A stretch of 64,000 nucleotides of DNA, taken from positions 14,102,485 to 14,166,484 of the forward strand of contig JAUZTB010000073.1 in assembly GCA_034780895.1 (NCBI GenBank). The letters run 5' to 3'. The notes beneath the pieces are model-generated. The model was not told where the DNA came from and searched no databases. It saw nothing but the letters and a program-made list of their open reading frames with translations. Source of the DNA: Rhynchobatus australiae. Taxonomy: Eukaryota. Positions within the stretch are counted from its first letter, which is position 1; every line of letters starts with the position of its first letter. The position numbers and the translations under genes were made by a program. Of the stretch, positions 36,296-50,210 are shown piece after piece.

Positions 36296-38349
36296 CTATT
36301 GTGCACTGCCCTCCCAATGTGCTTTAACCCACACAAACTATGGCTGAAGATTTCTTCTCTGTGATCATTGTTACTACATAGCATGCCCTTCTTTATAAAC
36401 AGGTGTATGATTTAATTACACAAACACGTAGAGGAAAGTCGTCCTGGGCATCTATGGAATTTTGCTCGCAGAAGTGGGGTGATGTGAGGGTGGTGATGAT
36501 CTGAGACCCACTGCCTATAAGAATGGCAGAATCAGTCAGTGCTTTCAAAAAGTCCTTGAGAAAGAATAATTCACAGTCAAGGGGAATGGGACTGACAGGA
36601 TTGCTCAACAGGGAGCTGGCATGGACTGAATGGGCCAAATGGCCTCCTTCCATGCTATAATGCTTCTGTGGTTCTACATAATTCAAACTTTCCCCTTGCA
36701 TTCTATGCTGGATTGCCAGGCATATGTGATTAGCATTCTCAAATTACATGCCTCGCTGATGTCGTATGGATGGTGGAAAGCAAATGCAGCACTCAAATGC
36801 TTCAACAAGTGCAGAAAATAAACCACAAATATTAAACCAGATGTTTTCTTTTATAAAATTTTTACTTGAAAATTTGCTCAGAAGTTGCAGCAGAGTAACC
36901 TATCTCCCTGGGCTCCTTCATATGTAGAGCCTCCCTTTCATACCTGCAAGCTCAAGAATTTTTGAAGTAAAGCAAGTCAATTTTCAAATTGAGTACAAAA
37001 CATCCTCACTGTATACAGACTCTGTCCTTTGTACTGACTAGTGTGAAAGTCATTATGTGACAGCTTCCTGATCAGTGGTGGCTTTGGTGATTTCTATTTT
37101 AGTTAAATTAGATAAAGAGAAAACGTAGCAGGTTAGTTTAACCTTTGAGCAAATCCTCTGCCGATAAATTACTTCATTAGTTCAGGGGCGCACAGAATGA
37201 CAAGGACTCATTAACTGATGTCATAGCTGGTTATTCTGGAGCACGACAGCTAAAGCTTGGAGGTAGATTCCTGATTAACGAAGAAAAAAACAACATTGTG
37301 TGACCTCCAAGTGATATTTAAACATATTTTTTCACCAGGCTGGGATTGGTTAGAGTTCCACGCCAGGCTTTACAAACCAATGCTGTTTTGTAGAAGGTGC
37401 TTATTTAATAGTTCTTGATCTAATCTACAATTGTGGTGCATCTGCAGGGCTTCCAAATTGCATCTTTCTCTTTCGATTTACAGCTTCCCTTCCACGTAAG
37501 TGTTCTACTTCCTGCAGCCTCCTTCAGCTGTAGATTGAGAAATCCAAGGGCATCCATTGATACAAGTCAGAATAGCTGTGTGTTGACCTGAAGGATTGAG
37601 GCATGTTGCCTTTGATCTAGGATGACTATACTTCAGTCGATATAAACCGTGAGCTGGTTGAAGCTTACAGCACAAAAGGGAATTGGATATGTACTTGAAA
37701 GTGCAGGGCTGTGAGGGAACTGCAGGGGAACAGAACTAACAGTACAGCCCTTTCAAAGAACCATCACAGGAGCAACGTTCTAAATCGTTTTAATGGCACT
37801 GAATAAAATTAGTATTTACACAGGAATGCATCTTCACCATTGCATGTTTTGTGACTGCATCAATAAAAGCAAAAATTCCATTTGGTTCCTTTTATGGCTT
37901 CAAGATACTAAATATCTCCCACTTACTATGCCAAGGAAAGTTCAATGCACTAGTACACCACCAAAATAACTGTGCATGTGGAACTGTTGAAATGTCACAG
38001 TGGATCTTTCATGGACCAGGAATCATGGATTTTTTCCAATGTCAATATACTGTCTGTTTAAGGCTATAATGCAGAAAAGGCTGTGTTGATTTGAAATGGC
38101 AGTCTGAGTGCTTAAGTTGCCTTTAGCTATTTAAAGAATAACAGCACATATTGTGGTTATTCTTATTTGCCTGAATTTTCTTTTCAGAAATTAAGGGAAA
38201 AATAGCCATATTTAAAGTCGCACTTCATGTCATGGATTATATCCACCCAAGCTTGAGAGGAATGTTGTAGACACTGCACCAACAACTATTTGTTACAACA
38301 TTAACTACAGTGATAATTTCTCATGAGCTGCACAAGGGTTTTATTAAAA

Positions 38350-38830
38350 ATTGACATGGTCATAAAGAAAGATGGTAGGGAAGTTTGAAAAAAAAAAAAA
38401 AGGTCTTAAGAAAAGTCTTACGGGAGAAGATAGATAGAGAGGGAGGGAAGTTGGAAGCTGAAGATATAGCTATTGCTGGTGGAGTGATTTACAGTATGCT
38501 CAAGTAACCAGAAGTGGAGCAATGTACAATTGGAGGAGGGAATAGAGAGAAAGAGGGAAAAAAAACTATGCAGTGATTTGGTAACAAGGTTAAGAATTTT
38601 AAAATTGAGAGCCAAATTGAGGACAGAGATTGAAAGAGACTGGGTTTGAGTTTGGGCATAGATACCAGAGGTGTGGTGGACATCAAGATGTGGATGATGG
38701 CAGTGAGATGCCAGCAAGGATGCATTATATCAAGTATAAAGACAACAAAGCATGGTTGAGAGTTTCAGCAGCAGATGATCTGAGGCAAGGCCATGCTGTG
38801 GAGGATGAAATGTTGTTGGCCTGAAAATGT
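38350..38830 (-). mobile_element. L2-like LINE 3' fragment
   Basis: Degenerate antisense L2 end (gtcttaag...gatagagaggg...atgctcaagtaaccagaagtggag...gatttggtaacaaggttaagaattttaaaattgag). Confidence 0.55.
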
Positions 38831-39624
38831 GTCCTCAGATTATGGGCAGGGAGAGGGATCCATTCAGAGGCTAGGGAATGGAGTTTGTGATGGGGATCAA
38901 AGTTCCAGTCTTCCTGATACTTTGTTGCAACATGTTTCTGCTTATTCAGCGCCAGTGCCACACGAACGGCCTGAATACTCAGATAGTTGGAAGGAAAGAG
39001 GCCATTATACAAGATTTTCCCGATCGGTGCCTCAAAGATACTGCAAATTTTCATCAATTTCGCCCTCATGTATTGTTAATGTACTATTAATACATCCACA
39101 GTGGCCCGTAAATCTTTGACAGACTCTCATATTCTGAAATGGTCAGCTTGAGTAGGATGCCATAAATCTAAATGCAGTGGAGTGATTAAAAGGATGCTCA
39201 AGTGACCAGAATTGGAGGAAGGTAGGGTTGGAGGCAGGTAGATGAATGTAATTTCCTATGAGCCTGACTCTGCCAAGCTGGCCAGTTTTCACTGTACTTA
39301 CTTCCTTAATTGTCTCTACACTAAACACAACTCGGTAAGTATGCAGCAAAGATACCAACCTCCAGCTGAAACGCCAAATTGTTTCAAGATATCTTGTGGC
39401 CAATCTAATTTATCCAAGTCAATAAACTTCATGCATATGAATACAGGTTTGATGTTAACAAGGAGTTTCAGCTGCAGTCTCTTATTTAAAATCAGTATTG
39501 AAACATTCAAACCCACTCATTTCCTTTTATAGAACACAATGTAGGGAAAACAATATTTGATTTAGACTTAAGTGGATCAAGTTGCAGGTTTTGTAAAATT
39601 TGGCAATCCCCATGGGCAAGTTAA

Positions 39625-40010
39625 AAAACTGCAGATGCTGGAAATCAAAAATTAAATCAGACAATGCTGGAAACACTCAGCAGGTCAGGCCACATCTGTG
39701 GGAAGAGGAACTGGGACCTGCTCAGTATTTCTAGCATTTTCTGTTTTTATTTTGGATTCCCTGCCTCTGCAGTTTCTTTGGTTTGCATTTGCTTGTTGAA
39801 TTCACCGCCACTTCTCTTCCTGGAATGCCTAACCTGAAGAAGCTCTACTTTGCTCTCCAACAGGACTTCCTGGAGGAAGGCAAGGACCGTCTCTCTTGCC
39901 TTGTTCATCCCCAGTTCTGATGAAGGGTCTTTGATCTGATAGGTTAACTCCATTTCTCTTCCCACAGATGTCACCTGACCTTCTGAGTATTTCCAGTATT
40001 TTATAATGTT
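39625..40010. mobile_element. Cluster of Penelope-derived short repeats in both orientations
   Basis: actgcagatgctggaaatc...tgctggaaacactcagcaggtcaggccacatctgtgg is followed by the reverse-complement motifs cctgctcagtatttctagcattttctg and ttctgatgaagggtc...acagatgtcacctgaccttctgagtatttccag. Confidence 0.65.
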
Positions 40011-40040
40011 ATCCCATGGATGTCAGTTTGTACGTTGATT

Positions 40041-40272
40041 GTCAGAGCCATACAGCATGGAAACAGGCCCTTTGACCCACTGAATCCACCTTGACCAAGT
40101 ACCCATTTACACAAAACCCATTTTTTAATTTGCTCCACATTCCTATTAACTACATCCAGCTCCTACCACTCACCTACACACTAGAGGCAATTAACTGACC
40201 AATTTGCATATCTTTGGGATGTGGGAGGACACCCCCGCTGTCACAGGGAGAACATGCAAACTCTGCACAGGG
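40041..40272 (-). mobile_element. HE1/V-SINE-like element
   Basis: atacagcatggaaacaggcccttt (antisense CR1-like tail) ... tctttgggatgtgggagga ... gtcacagggagaacatgcaaactc. Confidence 0.75.
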
Positions 40273-43200
40273 AAATTACTGTTGGGGCAGGTATGAGTGT
40301 GGAGAACCTGTGTCCCTTCTTCCCCTCTCCTTGCACACTTTACTCCATAGTCTTGCTACTGATACCTAAATCTTATGAACATAGTAAAAAAAATGTGATT
40401 TTAACTGCCTAACTGGGAGAAAAGGGGCGGGTTATGATATTAGATCAATTCCAAAGCATTTAAGGCTGCTGCTCTTCTAGAATTTTCTGAGGCTTCAAGG
40501 TTCCTGTCACTTAATCTCATCTCATAGGTGGGGAAATAGAACAAACAACAGGAAAAGTGGCAACAGACAATCATAGATAATAAACAACTTTGTTGACAGT
40601 TCCAAATAAATGTTTCTCTGTGAACACTAGTGGACCAAGAATAAGAGTTCAGTTTTGCAAAACCTTGTTAGTTTTAGATTTTGATTGCACTCTGACCACC
40701 AGTAAGCCACTCTAATATTAACGACTGAGTCAAGATGGTCTGGTGAAGTGTCAGATTTTTTGACCAGCTGTCTGTCAAATGAAAGACAAGATGATTATCA
40801 CTGCAAACTAACTGATGCATTAACGCCTGTCTTTATGCAATAGAAAACTGTTAACTAATTAATACAGAGAAGGTCGTCATAAGCTACTTGTATAGATCCA
40901 GTGGCAAAGAATTTTAAACAGTGGTAATTTTGACTGGTATGAAAGATACTAAACTGCTGTTGTGATAGGTTGTAGTTGCATGTGATATATTGATGTGCAA
41001 TGAATCTAAATAAGACCTTCCTAACCTATAAGCCCGACTGAGTCTGAACATTTGAAACAAAATCTGTTCACAGCATCCTTGGGTGACTTCACACTCTTAG
41101 CTGCCTCTGTCCAATCTACCTTTTTATTCCTCCTCCATGATTAAGAAGAGGGATTCCCACTGAGAAATTTATGACCCAATCCAAAGCTAAATGTTTCAGC
41201 TTAACCCCAGACTCTAACATGTTAAACAGTTTAATAATGAGAGTTAAATAATACCAACCTTCAGTTGCAGCATTATAATTGCCTCGAATGTAACATAGGG
41301 CCAACACTGCGATGGAAGTAAGGGGATTTTTTATTTATTCATATTTTGGGATCTGAGCATCACTGGCCAGGCCAGGCCAGCACTTACAACCCATCCCTCA
41401 TTCTACTTGAACTAAGTGGGCCATTTAAGAGTCAAACATATTGGTGGGACTGGAGTCACATAAAGGCCAGACTGTGTAAGCATGGCAAGTTTTCATCCCT
41501 GAAGGACTTTAATGGGTTTTACAACAACTGAACAGTCCTGTAGGCATAATAAAGCTTATTTTTTAATCAAAGCCCGCACTATTAACTTAATTTAAACCCT
41601 ACCGCTGAAAAAGGTGGCATTAGGTCACTGAATATTTAGATCTGTGAACTTCATGTCCTGTACTTGATCTGAGTGGCACACTGACTTTGCACTGATATGT
41701 CAATGAAGATACTGCACTGATTAAAATCATGGTAACGACTGGACTGATATATGTAAAGGTAGGAAGGACTGGCATTAATTTTCCAGTAGTCAATGTGTTG
41801 ATAGGTTTGCTTGCGTTAGCACACTATGCTCCAATCATCTTTNNNNNNNNNNNNNNNNNNNNNNNNNNNNNNNNNNNNNNNNNNNNNNNNNNNNNNNNNN
41901 NNNNNNNNNNNNNNNNNNNNNNNNNNNNNNNNNNNNNNNNNNTTTGCCTGACATATCTCAGAGCTGTTGATATAACATCCCAAAATATTGACTCAGCAAC
42001 TAAGAATCTTACCTATTTTCCCAAATGATGATTTAAAAAAATATCATTAAGTCTTTTGCTCACCAGAAATCGTCATTAGCACTTCATAATTTATTCATTG
42101 GCCCCAAGTTTTCAGTAGTCTTCATCCTCATTAGCTCAAACTCCTTCCTAAATCACTCAGTTAGTGATTGAATCAAGTCATGCATAAGATATTAGAGTCT
42201 TCAACTCCAGGCCAAGCTGTTGAGTTAAAAGCCTTCAAATATGTTGGTGACATTTTTCAGTAAATATTTCACTAAGATCTAAGTGCATTACAACATTTGC
42301 TTACATCAGTTTAAAGCAGCATTACTGTCCTTCTTCATGTAATGCTAATCTGGTTTAACAACAGCCGATAGCAGGGGGCAAATTTCCATTGTTAATAGTA
42401 TCTTTTTCCACAGCTCTGATCTTAGGGGGTTGCCCTTAAAGAATCACACCACAATACAACTAACACTTTAGCTGTTGAGGAATACTGGCATAGAACATGT
42501 GCATGCTCCAATGATGAGGGGAAAGCAGGGGCAGAGTCCTTCCGGAGAGCAGAGGAACTTGCACAGGCTTCTGAAGAACAATGCGCTCAGGAGACAGCCT
42601 GCTTGTTCAAAGAGCATGTCTGACAGGAGGCTGCCAGGGAGGCATCTACAGAATGTGGGTGTGTGTCTTCTATGAATTCCTGGACTTCTGTGAGCACTGT
42701 GCCTTAGTCTCTTCTAGGTATGAAAGCAAAACGTGCATATGTGAAAAATGTATTGTTCCCTGCTTTACTTCTAGAACCACTCTTACATCTGCAATGCAGC
42801 AGTGAGTCGTACAGTAAGCTATTTCAGCAAGGGCTGCCTGCAAGGATCCTGAGGCTAGGTTTCTGAGAGTGTGGATGCCCCGGCTTTGACTTTGAGAGCA
42901 ATGCAGCCACTTATGTTTGGTTGTAACTTGAGTCTGTCTGGCAATCAAGATTAGAATGATGGACTTCCAGCTAGGCGCAGAGTTGGCTGATGCAGAATTA
43001 ATCCCCCTCCACTCTGCTATGAATCCACTTCAGAAAAGAACTACTTACACTTCAGTCAAGTCACACACCAGGCAACCTTTCAGGATGAGATTGTCAATTA
43101 AGTGATGGACTGAGATGGTTCAGCATCATTTCACAGAGGATGTTGGAAGCTAACGGACGGAAGAAATGCTCCTCTTGCAGTCTGGGCACCTTTGAACCAA

Positions 43201-44761
43201 ACCCCAGAAGCCAAAAGCATCCAATTTCCATCCAGTCTCTGAGCCACCCATCTTAAAATAGTACCCTCTTGTGGTATATAATCACAATGGACTGAATCTC
43301 CGTTTATCCATTTTAGCTTTGGTGGAAGCATTGCAGAAACCAAGGAAAAACAGCACAGGTGCAGTTAATGACAGGAATGTAAAAATCCTGTGGATATGAA
43401 ATAGAATGTATGAACATATGAAAGTGACAGGCAGTGCATCAAGGCAGCTACACACCATCTATAATTTGTCAGTGTAGCAAATTACATTGAGATTTCTTTC
43501 TTTAGGGAGATGGATTACAAGCAGGCATTTTATATTCTGTTCACATGTCTTTAATTAGTACCCTGTAATTGTCTGAATATTTAGTAGACATCTTGAATCA
43601 TCAACTAAATGACTGTCTCCATTCTCTTTGTGGATTTCTTTAACACTGTCATTGTACATTGGTCTGAGAATTATTGTGTGGAACACAACGCTATTTNNNN
43701 NNNNNNNNNNNNNNNNNNNAGCAATTCTAATGTAGGCTCATTGATATGAAATGTTAACCTTGACCTCCACTTGCCACGGAGACCCTAACCTTCTGAGCTT
43801 TTCCAGTATTTTCTGTTACTTAACATCTGGCTATATTGATTATTTGCACTTTGTCATTGCATAGATGGACCCACTGGCAGTCTGTTGTGACCAAAGCACT
43901 TGTCAAAGAGTAGAACTAGTGGTAGATTAAAGACACTATTGCACGTGACGGAGGGCAACACAGACATCTGATAGCATTATAAACTTGTGCCCTAAAGGCT
44001 AACAGTAGATGACCTCCATCTGACACAAATAGCTCTCAGACTTCAATCTACAATTCTAATTTGCTATTTTAACACTCTGAATATTTAACATATTAAAATA
44101 TATAATTGGTATCTCTGGCCAGTGATAGGAGCAGTACAACCCCCACATTAATTAAGGAGTAAATAGCTTGTTTCATCTGAATGTGGACTTCTTGTCTCAC
44201 TCAGCTGTGCTCTGCCAAAGCAAATGATATCAAATGGCACCACTATAATCAGAAGACGCACCTAAACTGTTTCACAGGGTGGTATTGCATTGTTTGTACT
44301 GGATTATCAAGCAGTAATTGTGCATAAAAGGGTGGTAAAATGAATTAGGAAGGTGTATCAAGGCATTAGTATTTTACCTCCAAGATCAAGGCTTGAATCT
44401 AGTTGAGACAATGGGGATAAAAGCTACTGATTGGAGATCGCAATAAGTCTGGATAGTTTCATTGTTACATGGGTTAAGAAGCTGCACTCTACTGCAAGCA
44501 TAGCAGGGCAGCTCAACCAGAAAGGAATGATAAAGGACAAATGAAATGTCAAGGCAGTTAGTAAACCCAAAAACTATTGAGCCAGCAGAGCCTGTTTGCT
44601 TTAAATCAGCAGCCTGCAGCTATGCAACTGCCAAGCAATAACAACAAAGAGCAAATCATTATAGGAAGCCTCATGCATAAAGAACATTCATTGTAAGCAA
44701 AGAATTGAGAAAGAAAGGGCGGAAAGCAAAGCATGCTGGGATGACTCACACAGGGCCATAC

Positions 44762-44873
44762 CAGACTGTGAATGTCTGCTCATATCCACCATCATAACCT
44801 GGGTCCCAGGAGGCATTAGCAGAGGTCATCGTGGCTGTGACTCGAACATTGGTTGGAGCATGTGGACTTGTGC
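44762..44873 (-). CDS. IGSF9B: IGSF9B exon (approx. exon 12), start of FN3 domain 1
   Basis: 112 bp, ttttctttgcag-type acceptor, TG|gtatgg donor, phase 1 to 2. Translates (G)TSPHAPTNVRVTATMTSANASWDPGYDGGYEQTFTV(W). An alternative donor 12 nt further on would end the exon at 44750. Confidence 0.96.
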
Positions 44874-45174
44874 CTGCAAAGAAGAAAAGTGAAAACTTAG
44901 ATCTCACAGAGTCAGCATTTGTCTACAAAATCTCTTATCATGATAACACATGATTCCATTGTAATATTCTCCACTTTCCAAATCCCTTATTAACAAACCA
45001 ACATGTGCATTCTCTCAAATAACTAGAAAATAAAAAAAGAAATGTATTAGATCTATGCAAAGGTACAGTGAACTCTTCCATGCAAAGATATATGACCGGC
45101 AGAATAAGCCTTTGAAGCAAACAGTGTGTATGGGTTTAGAAGATAAGTAGCTCCATTACTGGAGAAAAGATATT

Positions 45175-45407
45175 GAGGATTATGGACAAGATTAGGAATA
45201 AGATCATCAGAGGTACAGCACAGATTGAACAACTGGGAGATAAAGTTAGAGAGGCCAGACTGAAATGGTTTGGACATGTCCAGAGGAGGGACAGTGGGTA
45301 TACTGGTAGAAGGATGTTAGAAATGCAGCTGTCAGGAAAAATAAAAAGAGGAAGACGAAAGAGAAAATATATGGATGCAGATAGAGAGGACCTGGGGGTA
45401 GTTGGAG
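45175..45407 (+). mobile_element. RTE-clade (Expander/Rex3-like) LINE ORF C-terminal fragment running into a gap
   Basis: Open frame DKIRNKIIRGTAQIEQLGDKVREARLKWFGHVQRRDSGYTGRRMLEMQLSGKIKRGRRKRKYMD, carrying the RTE-type RLxWFGHVxRR and GxRxRGR motifs. Confidence 0.85.
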
Positions 45408-46449
45408 NNNNNNNNNNNNNNNNNNNNNNNNNNNNNNNNNNNNNNNNNNNNNNNNNNNNNNNNNNNNNNNNNNNNNNNNNNNNNNNNNNNNNNNNNNNNN
45501 NNNNNNNNNNNNNNNNNNNNNNNNNNNNNNNNNNNNNNNNNNNNNNNNNNNNNNNNNNNNNNNNNNNNNNNNNNNNNNNNNNNNNNNNNNNNNNNNNNNN
45601 NNNNNNNNNNNNNNNNNNNNNNNNNNNNNNNNNNNNNNNNNNNNNNNNNNNNNNNNNNNNNNNNNNNNNNNNNNNNNNNNNNNNNNNNNNNNNNNNNNNN
45701 NNNNNNNNNNNNNNNNNNNNNNNNNNNNNNNNNNNNNNNNNNNNNNNNNNNNNNNNNNNNNNNNNNNNNNNNNNNNNNNNNNNNNNNNNNNNNNNNNNNN
45801 NNNNNNNNNNNNNNNNNNNNNNNNNNNNNNNNNNNNNNNNNNNNNNNNNNNNNNNNNNNNNNNNNNNNNNNNNNNNNNNNNNNNNNNNNNNNGCTGAAAG
45901 TATAGGATACAGCAAAGGCAACAGTGTGGCTGCAGGAATGAAGTACTGCACTCCAAGAACAGGCTGCAGCTCAAGCCAAGATGTGCCATTACAGTTACAA
46001 CACTGGCATCCACCAAATAATATAGAAAGTATAGGTTATATAGGTTCTGTTCATGAAAAGCAAAATTAATCAAATCTGGCTAATTATTGCCCAATCAGTT
46101 ACCATTTCCACTATTAGCACATCAGTGTCCTAAGAGTAATAAAGGAAGGGCAACACATACTGGCCTTGCCACCAATGGCTGCACGACGAAAAATGAATTA
46201 AAAACTAATGGCTCCTTGGATCTACTCTGCCAATCAACCCAGGCTGATTTTCCATCTCAACCACTTCCACCCCTCATCATATCCAAAGGTCATTAGAACT
46301 GGCCTGCTCTGTATATTATCAACATCATGGCTGATCTACCTCAGTTCCATTTTTCTGCACTATCCCCATCCAGGAATCTATGGAGTCCCTGCTTTGAATG
46401 AACTCAATGACTGAGTATTCACAGCTCTTAGAGTACAAAATTCTCATCA

Positions 46450-46920
46450 ACTCCATTCTGTGTGGTGATGCATTTTGGGAGGAGAGGCAATCTAGAATAC
46501 AAGATCTCGTTCTAAAAGGGGTGCAAGATAAGAGATNNNNNNNNNNAGATACCTAGGAGTATGTGAGCATAAATCATTGACTGTGGTAAGGATGAGTTGA
46601 GGAAGAGTTAATGAGACATATGTAATTCTAGGATTAGTGATAGAAGTTTTGTGTATAACAGTAGAGAAGTCTTGCTGAACCTTTATAAAATGCTGGTCTA
46701 GCCTCAGCTGAAATACTGTGTTCCATTCTGGTTGCCTTATTATAGGAAGGACATGAAGGTATTAGAGTGGGTCCAGAAAAGATTTACGAGAATGGTTCCT
46801 GGGATAAGGGACTACAGTTACAAAGGGGGCGAAACTAGGGAATTGCTCTGGTAGAGAGCTGGAACAAACATGATGAGCCAAATGGTCTCCTCCTATGCTG
46901 TATCCATCCTATGATTCTAC
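46450..46920 (+). mobile_element. CR1 LINE fragment (RT end spliced to 3' tail by internal deletion)
   Basis: LNLYKMLV*PQLKYCVPFWLPYYRKDMKVLEWVQKRFTRMVPGIRDYSY, followed by the CR1 tail gagccaaatggtctcctcctatgctgtatcc...atgattcta. Confidence 0.85.
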
Positions 46921-49005
46921 AAACAGCCTCTTATTCTGGGAGGGTGACTCTTGATTCCAGATTCATATCCAGTTACATCTAAAAGTTATCAATCTCAGTC
47001 TTGAATATACTCAGTAAGTGGACATTCTGGGGTAGAAAATTCCTAGGAATCTACAACCCTTTGTGCAGAAATATCTTATTTAATCACTACATCCTGAACA
47101 CATTCTGAAAGTATCCCTCCCCCAGCCATGTGCTGGACTCTCTGGCCGAGGAAAGCAGATTCTCAACATTTCCCTGTCAATTCCTCAAAGAAACTTGATG
47201 TTTCTCTCAGTCTTGATGAACCTCTCAGTCTTCTAAACTCTGTTGATCCAAGTCTATCCTGCTCAACTGTTGCTTACAGTTCAACTCCCTCATCCCAACA
47301 TTGGTATAGCATTTCTTTACCAAGCTGTGATCATTTCTAACAGTATCCCATGTATGACTGGGAGGCACATGTGATATTTACCTGGGTAGATCATGGAATC
47401 ATANNNNNNNNNNNNNNNNNNNNNNNNNNNNNNNNNNNNNNNNNNNNNNNNNNNNNNNNNNNNNNNNNNNNNNNNNNNNNNNNNNNNNNNNNNNNNNNNN
47501 NNNNNNNNNNNNNNNNNNNNNNNNNNNNNNNNNNNNNNNNNNNNNNNNNNNNNNNNNNNNNNNNNNNNNNNNNNNNNNNNNNNNNNNNNNNNNNNNNNNN
47601 NNNNNNNNNNNNNNNNNNNNNNNNNNNNNNNNNNNNNNNNNNNNNNNNNNNNNNNNNNNNNNNNNNNNNNNNNNNNNNNNNNNNNNNNNNNNNNNNNNNN
47701 NNNNNNNNNNNNNNNNNNNNNNNNNNNNNNNNNNNNNNNNNNNNNNNNNNNNNNNNNNNNNNNNNNNNNNNNNNNNNNNNNNNNNNNNNNNNNNNNNNNN
47801 NNNNNNNNNNNNNNNNNNNNNNNNNNNNNNNNNNNNNNNNNNNNNNNNNNNNNNNNNNNNNNNNNNNNNNNNNNNNNNNNNNNNNNNNNNNNNNNNNNNN
47901 NNNNNNNNNNNNNNNNNNNNNNNNNNNNNNNNNNNNNNNNNNNNNNNNNNNNNNNNNNNNNNNNNNNNNNNNNNNNNNNNNNNNNNNNNNNNNNNNNNNN
48001 NNNNNNNNNNNNNNNNNNNNNNNNNNNNNNNNNNNNNNNNNNNNNNNNNNNNNNNNNNNNNNNNNNNNNNNNNNNNNNNNNNNNNNNNNNNNNNNNNNNN
48101 NNNNNNNNNNNNNNNNNNNNNNNNNNNNNNNNNNNGGCATCTTCAGTAATTAAACAGCTGAAAGTAACAGTCAAATACAACAGGTCATCACATTCTTCAT
48201 AGATTAACAAGGTACCCATGGATTCAAGGAAGGCCAATAAAGGGAGCTTCACATTATTGTTGAATTTACAGTTTTCTTGGTTTTGTGGAACATACAAATC
48301 AGAAAATGCAGTTAACACAGTTTTATTAACACCACCCTGCTATCTGTGCAGGAGTTATTCCTGATGCAATGTGAATCTGCATCATTTAAAAACGTAAACA
48401 CTTTCTCAACTGTTGTCTTTTCCTCATGAGGTACAGCTCTTCTGGTACATCATCTAAGTGGCATCTACTTCTCACTCCTCTGACTCTCTGAAGTCCTTCC
48501 TGACTCTTTATGGCTCCCAAAATGGTTCAAACTTTACATTTTCCTTCTCAAATCCTTCCAGAGCCTCCTCACCTCTGTAACTTCCTTCAGCCTTCTACAA
48601 GTTCCTATACTCCAAATCTGATTATTTTCTGCTTCTGGACATCCCTTACTACTCCAATAATGACAGAACTTTCCCCCTGTGTCCGTCTGAAATCTACCTG
48701 GCAAGGTTATCTTTTCCCTCTCCTGCCTTTCTCCATGGTTTGCTGTCCCTTATTCATTCAATTTGTTTCACAAGCCTGTTGCTAAGTTTCACATTGCTTG
48801 TGAGTTGTTGAAGGACCAGGCATGGGTGTAGTGTGGAGATGCAATATACCCATGCCATCCATTGACAAGCCTGCAACCCTAACATAGTACATGAGAATAT
48901 AAGANNNNNNNNNNNNNNNNNNNNNNNNNNNNNNNNNNNNNNNNNNNNNNNNNNNNNNNNNNNNNNNNNNNNNNNNNNNNNNNNNNNNNNNNNNNNNNNN
49001 NNNNA

Positions 49006-50210
49006 TATAAGAAACAGGAAAAGGAGCAGGCCATTCAACAAGATCAAGGCTGATTTTCCAACCCAGAACCAACTTCTTCCCTATCTCTTGATTCCTTATA
49101 ATTATAAAATTATAATAATTATTATTATAATTCCTTATAATATCCAGAAATTATCAATCTCTGTTTTTGAGTGCAATCAAATTCTGAGCCTTCAGGGAAC
49201 AGAATTCCAAAGATTTACTACACCCTTTGAGAGAAGAAATATCTCCTCATCAATCTCTATGTCATTTTTTCCTGAGTTCTAAAATGTTTCCAAGTCCTCA
49301 GGTTTACTGTTATTTTTCTGTCAACTTTATAAACTTTTCCCAAGACTTAAAATTATCATCAATTTTTTTCTGTAATCCATGATTGGACCACTTTACACCT
49401 TATGCTTCCATACCATAAAGGAATGTATATTTCTTTTTACCAAGTCACTTTTTTTAAATGCTAGACATTGCCTCTTCAAACCAGCCAATCTTCATAGTTT
49501 ACTTTGTTTAGATTGAAAATTCTGGTTTCATGATGGAACTTAGTATACGATTCAATCATATTTTGGCCACACTTTCCAAGGGGCCACTTTACAACAAGAT
49601 TATTAATTACCCATTTCTCTTTGCACAGTACTGGATTTAAAATGACCTATTCCCTAGCCAATTCCTCAGCATGCTAGAAATTTATCTCATATACATTCCA
49701 AGAGTGCAACTTCTACTTTGATCGTACTAATTTGACTTGTTCTAACTATATCAGAATCAGATTTATTATCACTGACTTATGAGGTGAAATTTGTCCTGCG
49801 GCAGCAGTACAGTGCTGTACAGTACATGAAGATTAAAGTCCCCCAAGATTACTGTATCAGCCCTGCTACATGCTCCTTAAATTTCTTCATTTATACCATG
49901 CCTCATATCACTATTATTATTTGAAAACCTATAATCAGACCCCCTCTAATGGTTCCTGCCCCCTGCTACTCCTTAGCTTTACCTAAGCAGATCCTAATTC
50001 TAAACCATTTTACTGATGTCATCCCAATTCCAACACTATCCCACCTCCTCTTGCTTTTTGCTTGTCCTTCCCAAATGTTGAATGCCAAGGGATATTTCGT
50101 TCCTGGCTTTGGTCACCTCCAGCCTTATTTCTGTAATGGCAATTAGATCATAACTATTTATAACATTAATTCATCCACCTTGTTGCAGATGCAGTGTGTA
50201 TTTATATAGG
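49006..50210 (-). mobile_element. Degenerate antisense CR1 fragments
   Basis: Starts with the antisense tail tataagaaacaggaaaaggagcaggccattc, followed by old CR1-like sequence (gattaaagtccccca agattactg). Confidence 0.55.

Noticed and set aside
47317-48318. Long ORFs spanning N runs (also 20220-20987, 22530-22978, 26769-27576, 45136-46073, 55370-56138)
   Set aside because: Their length comes from Ns translated as X.
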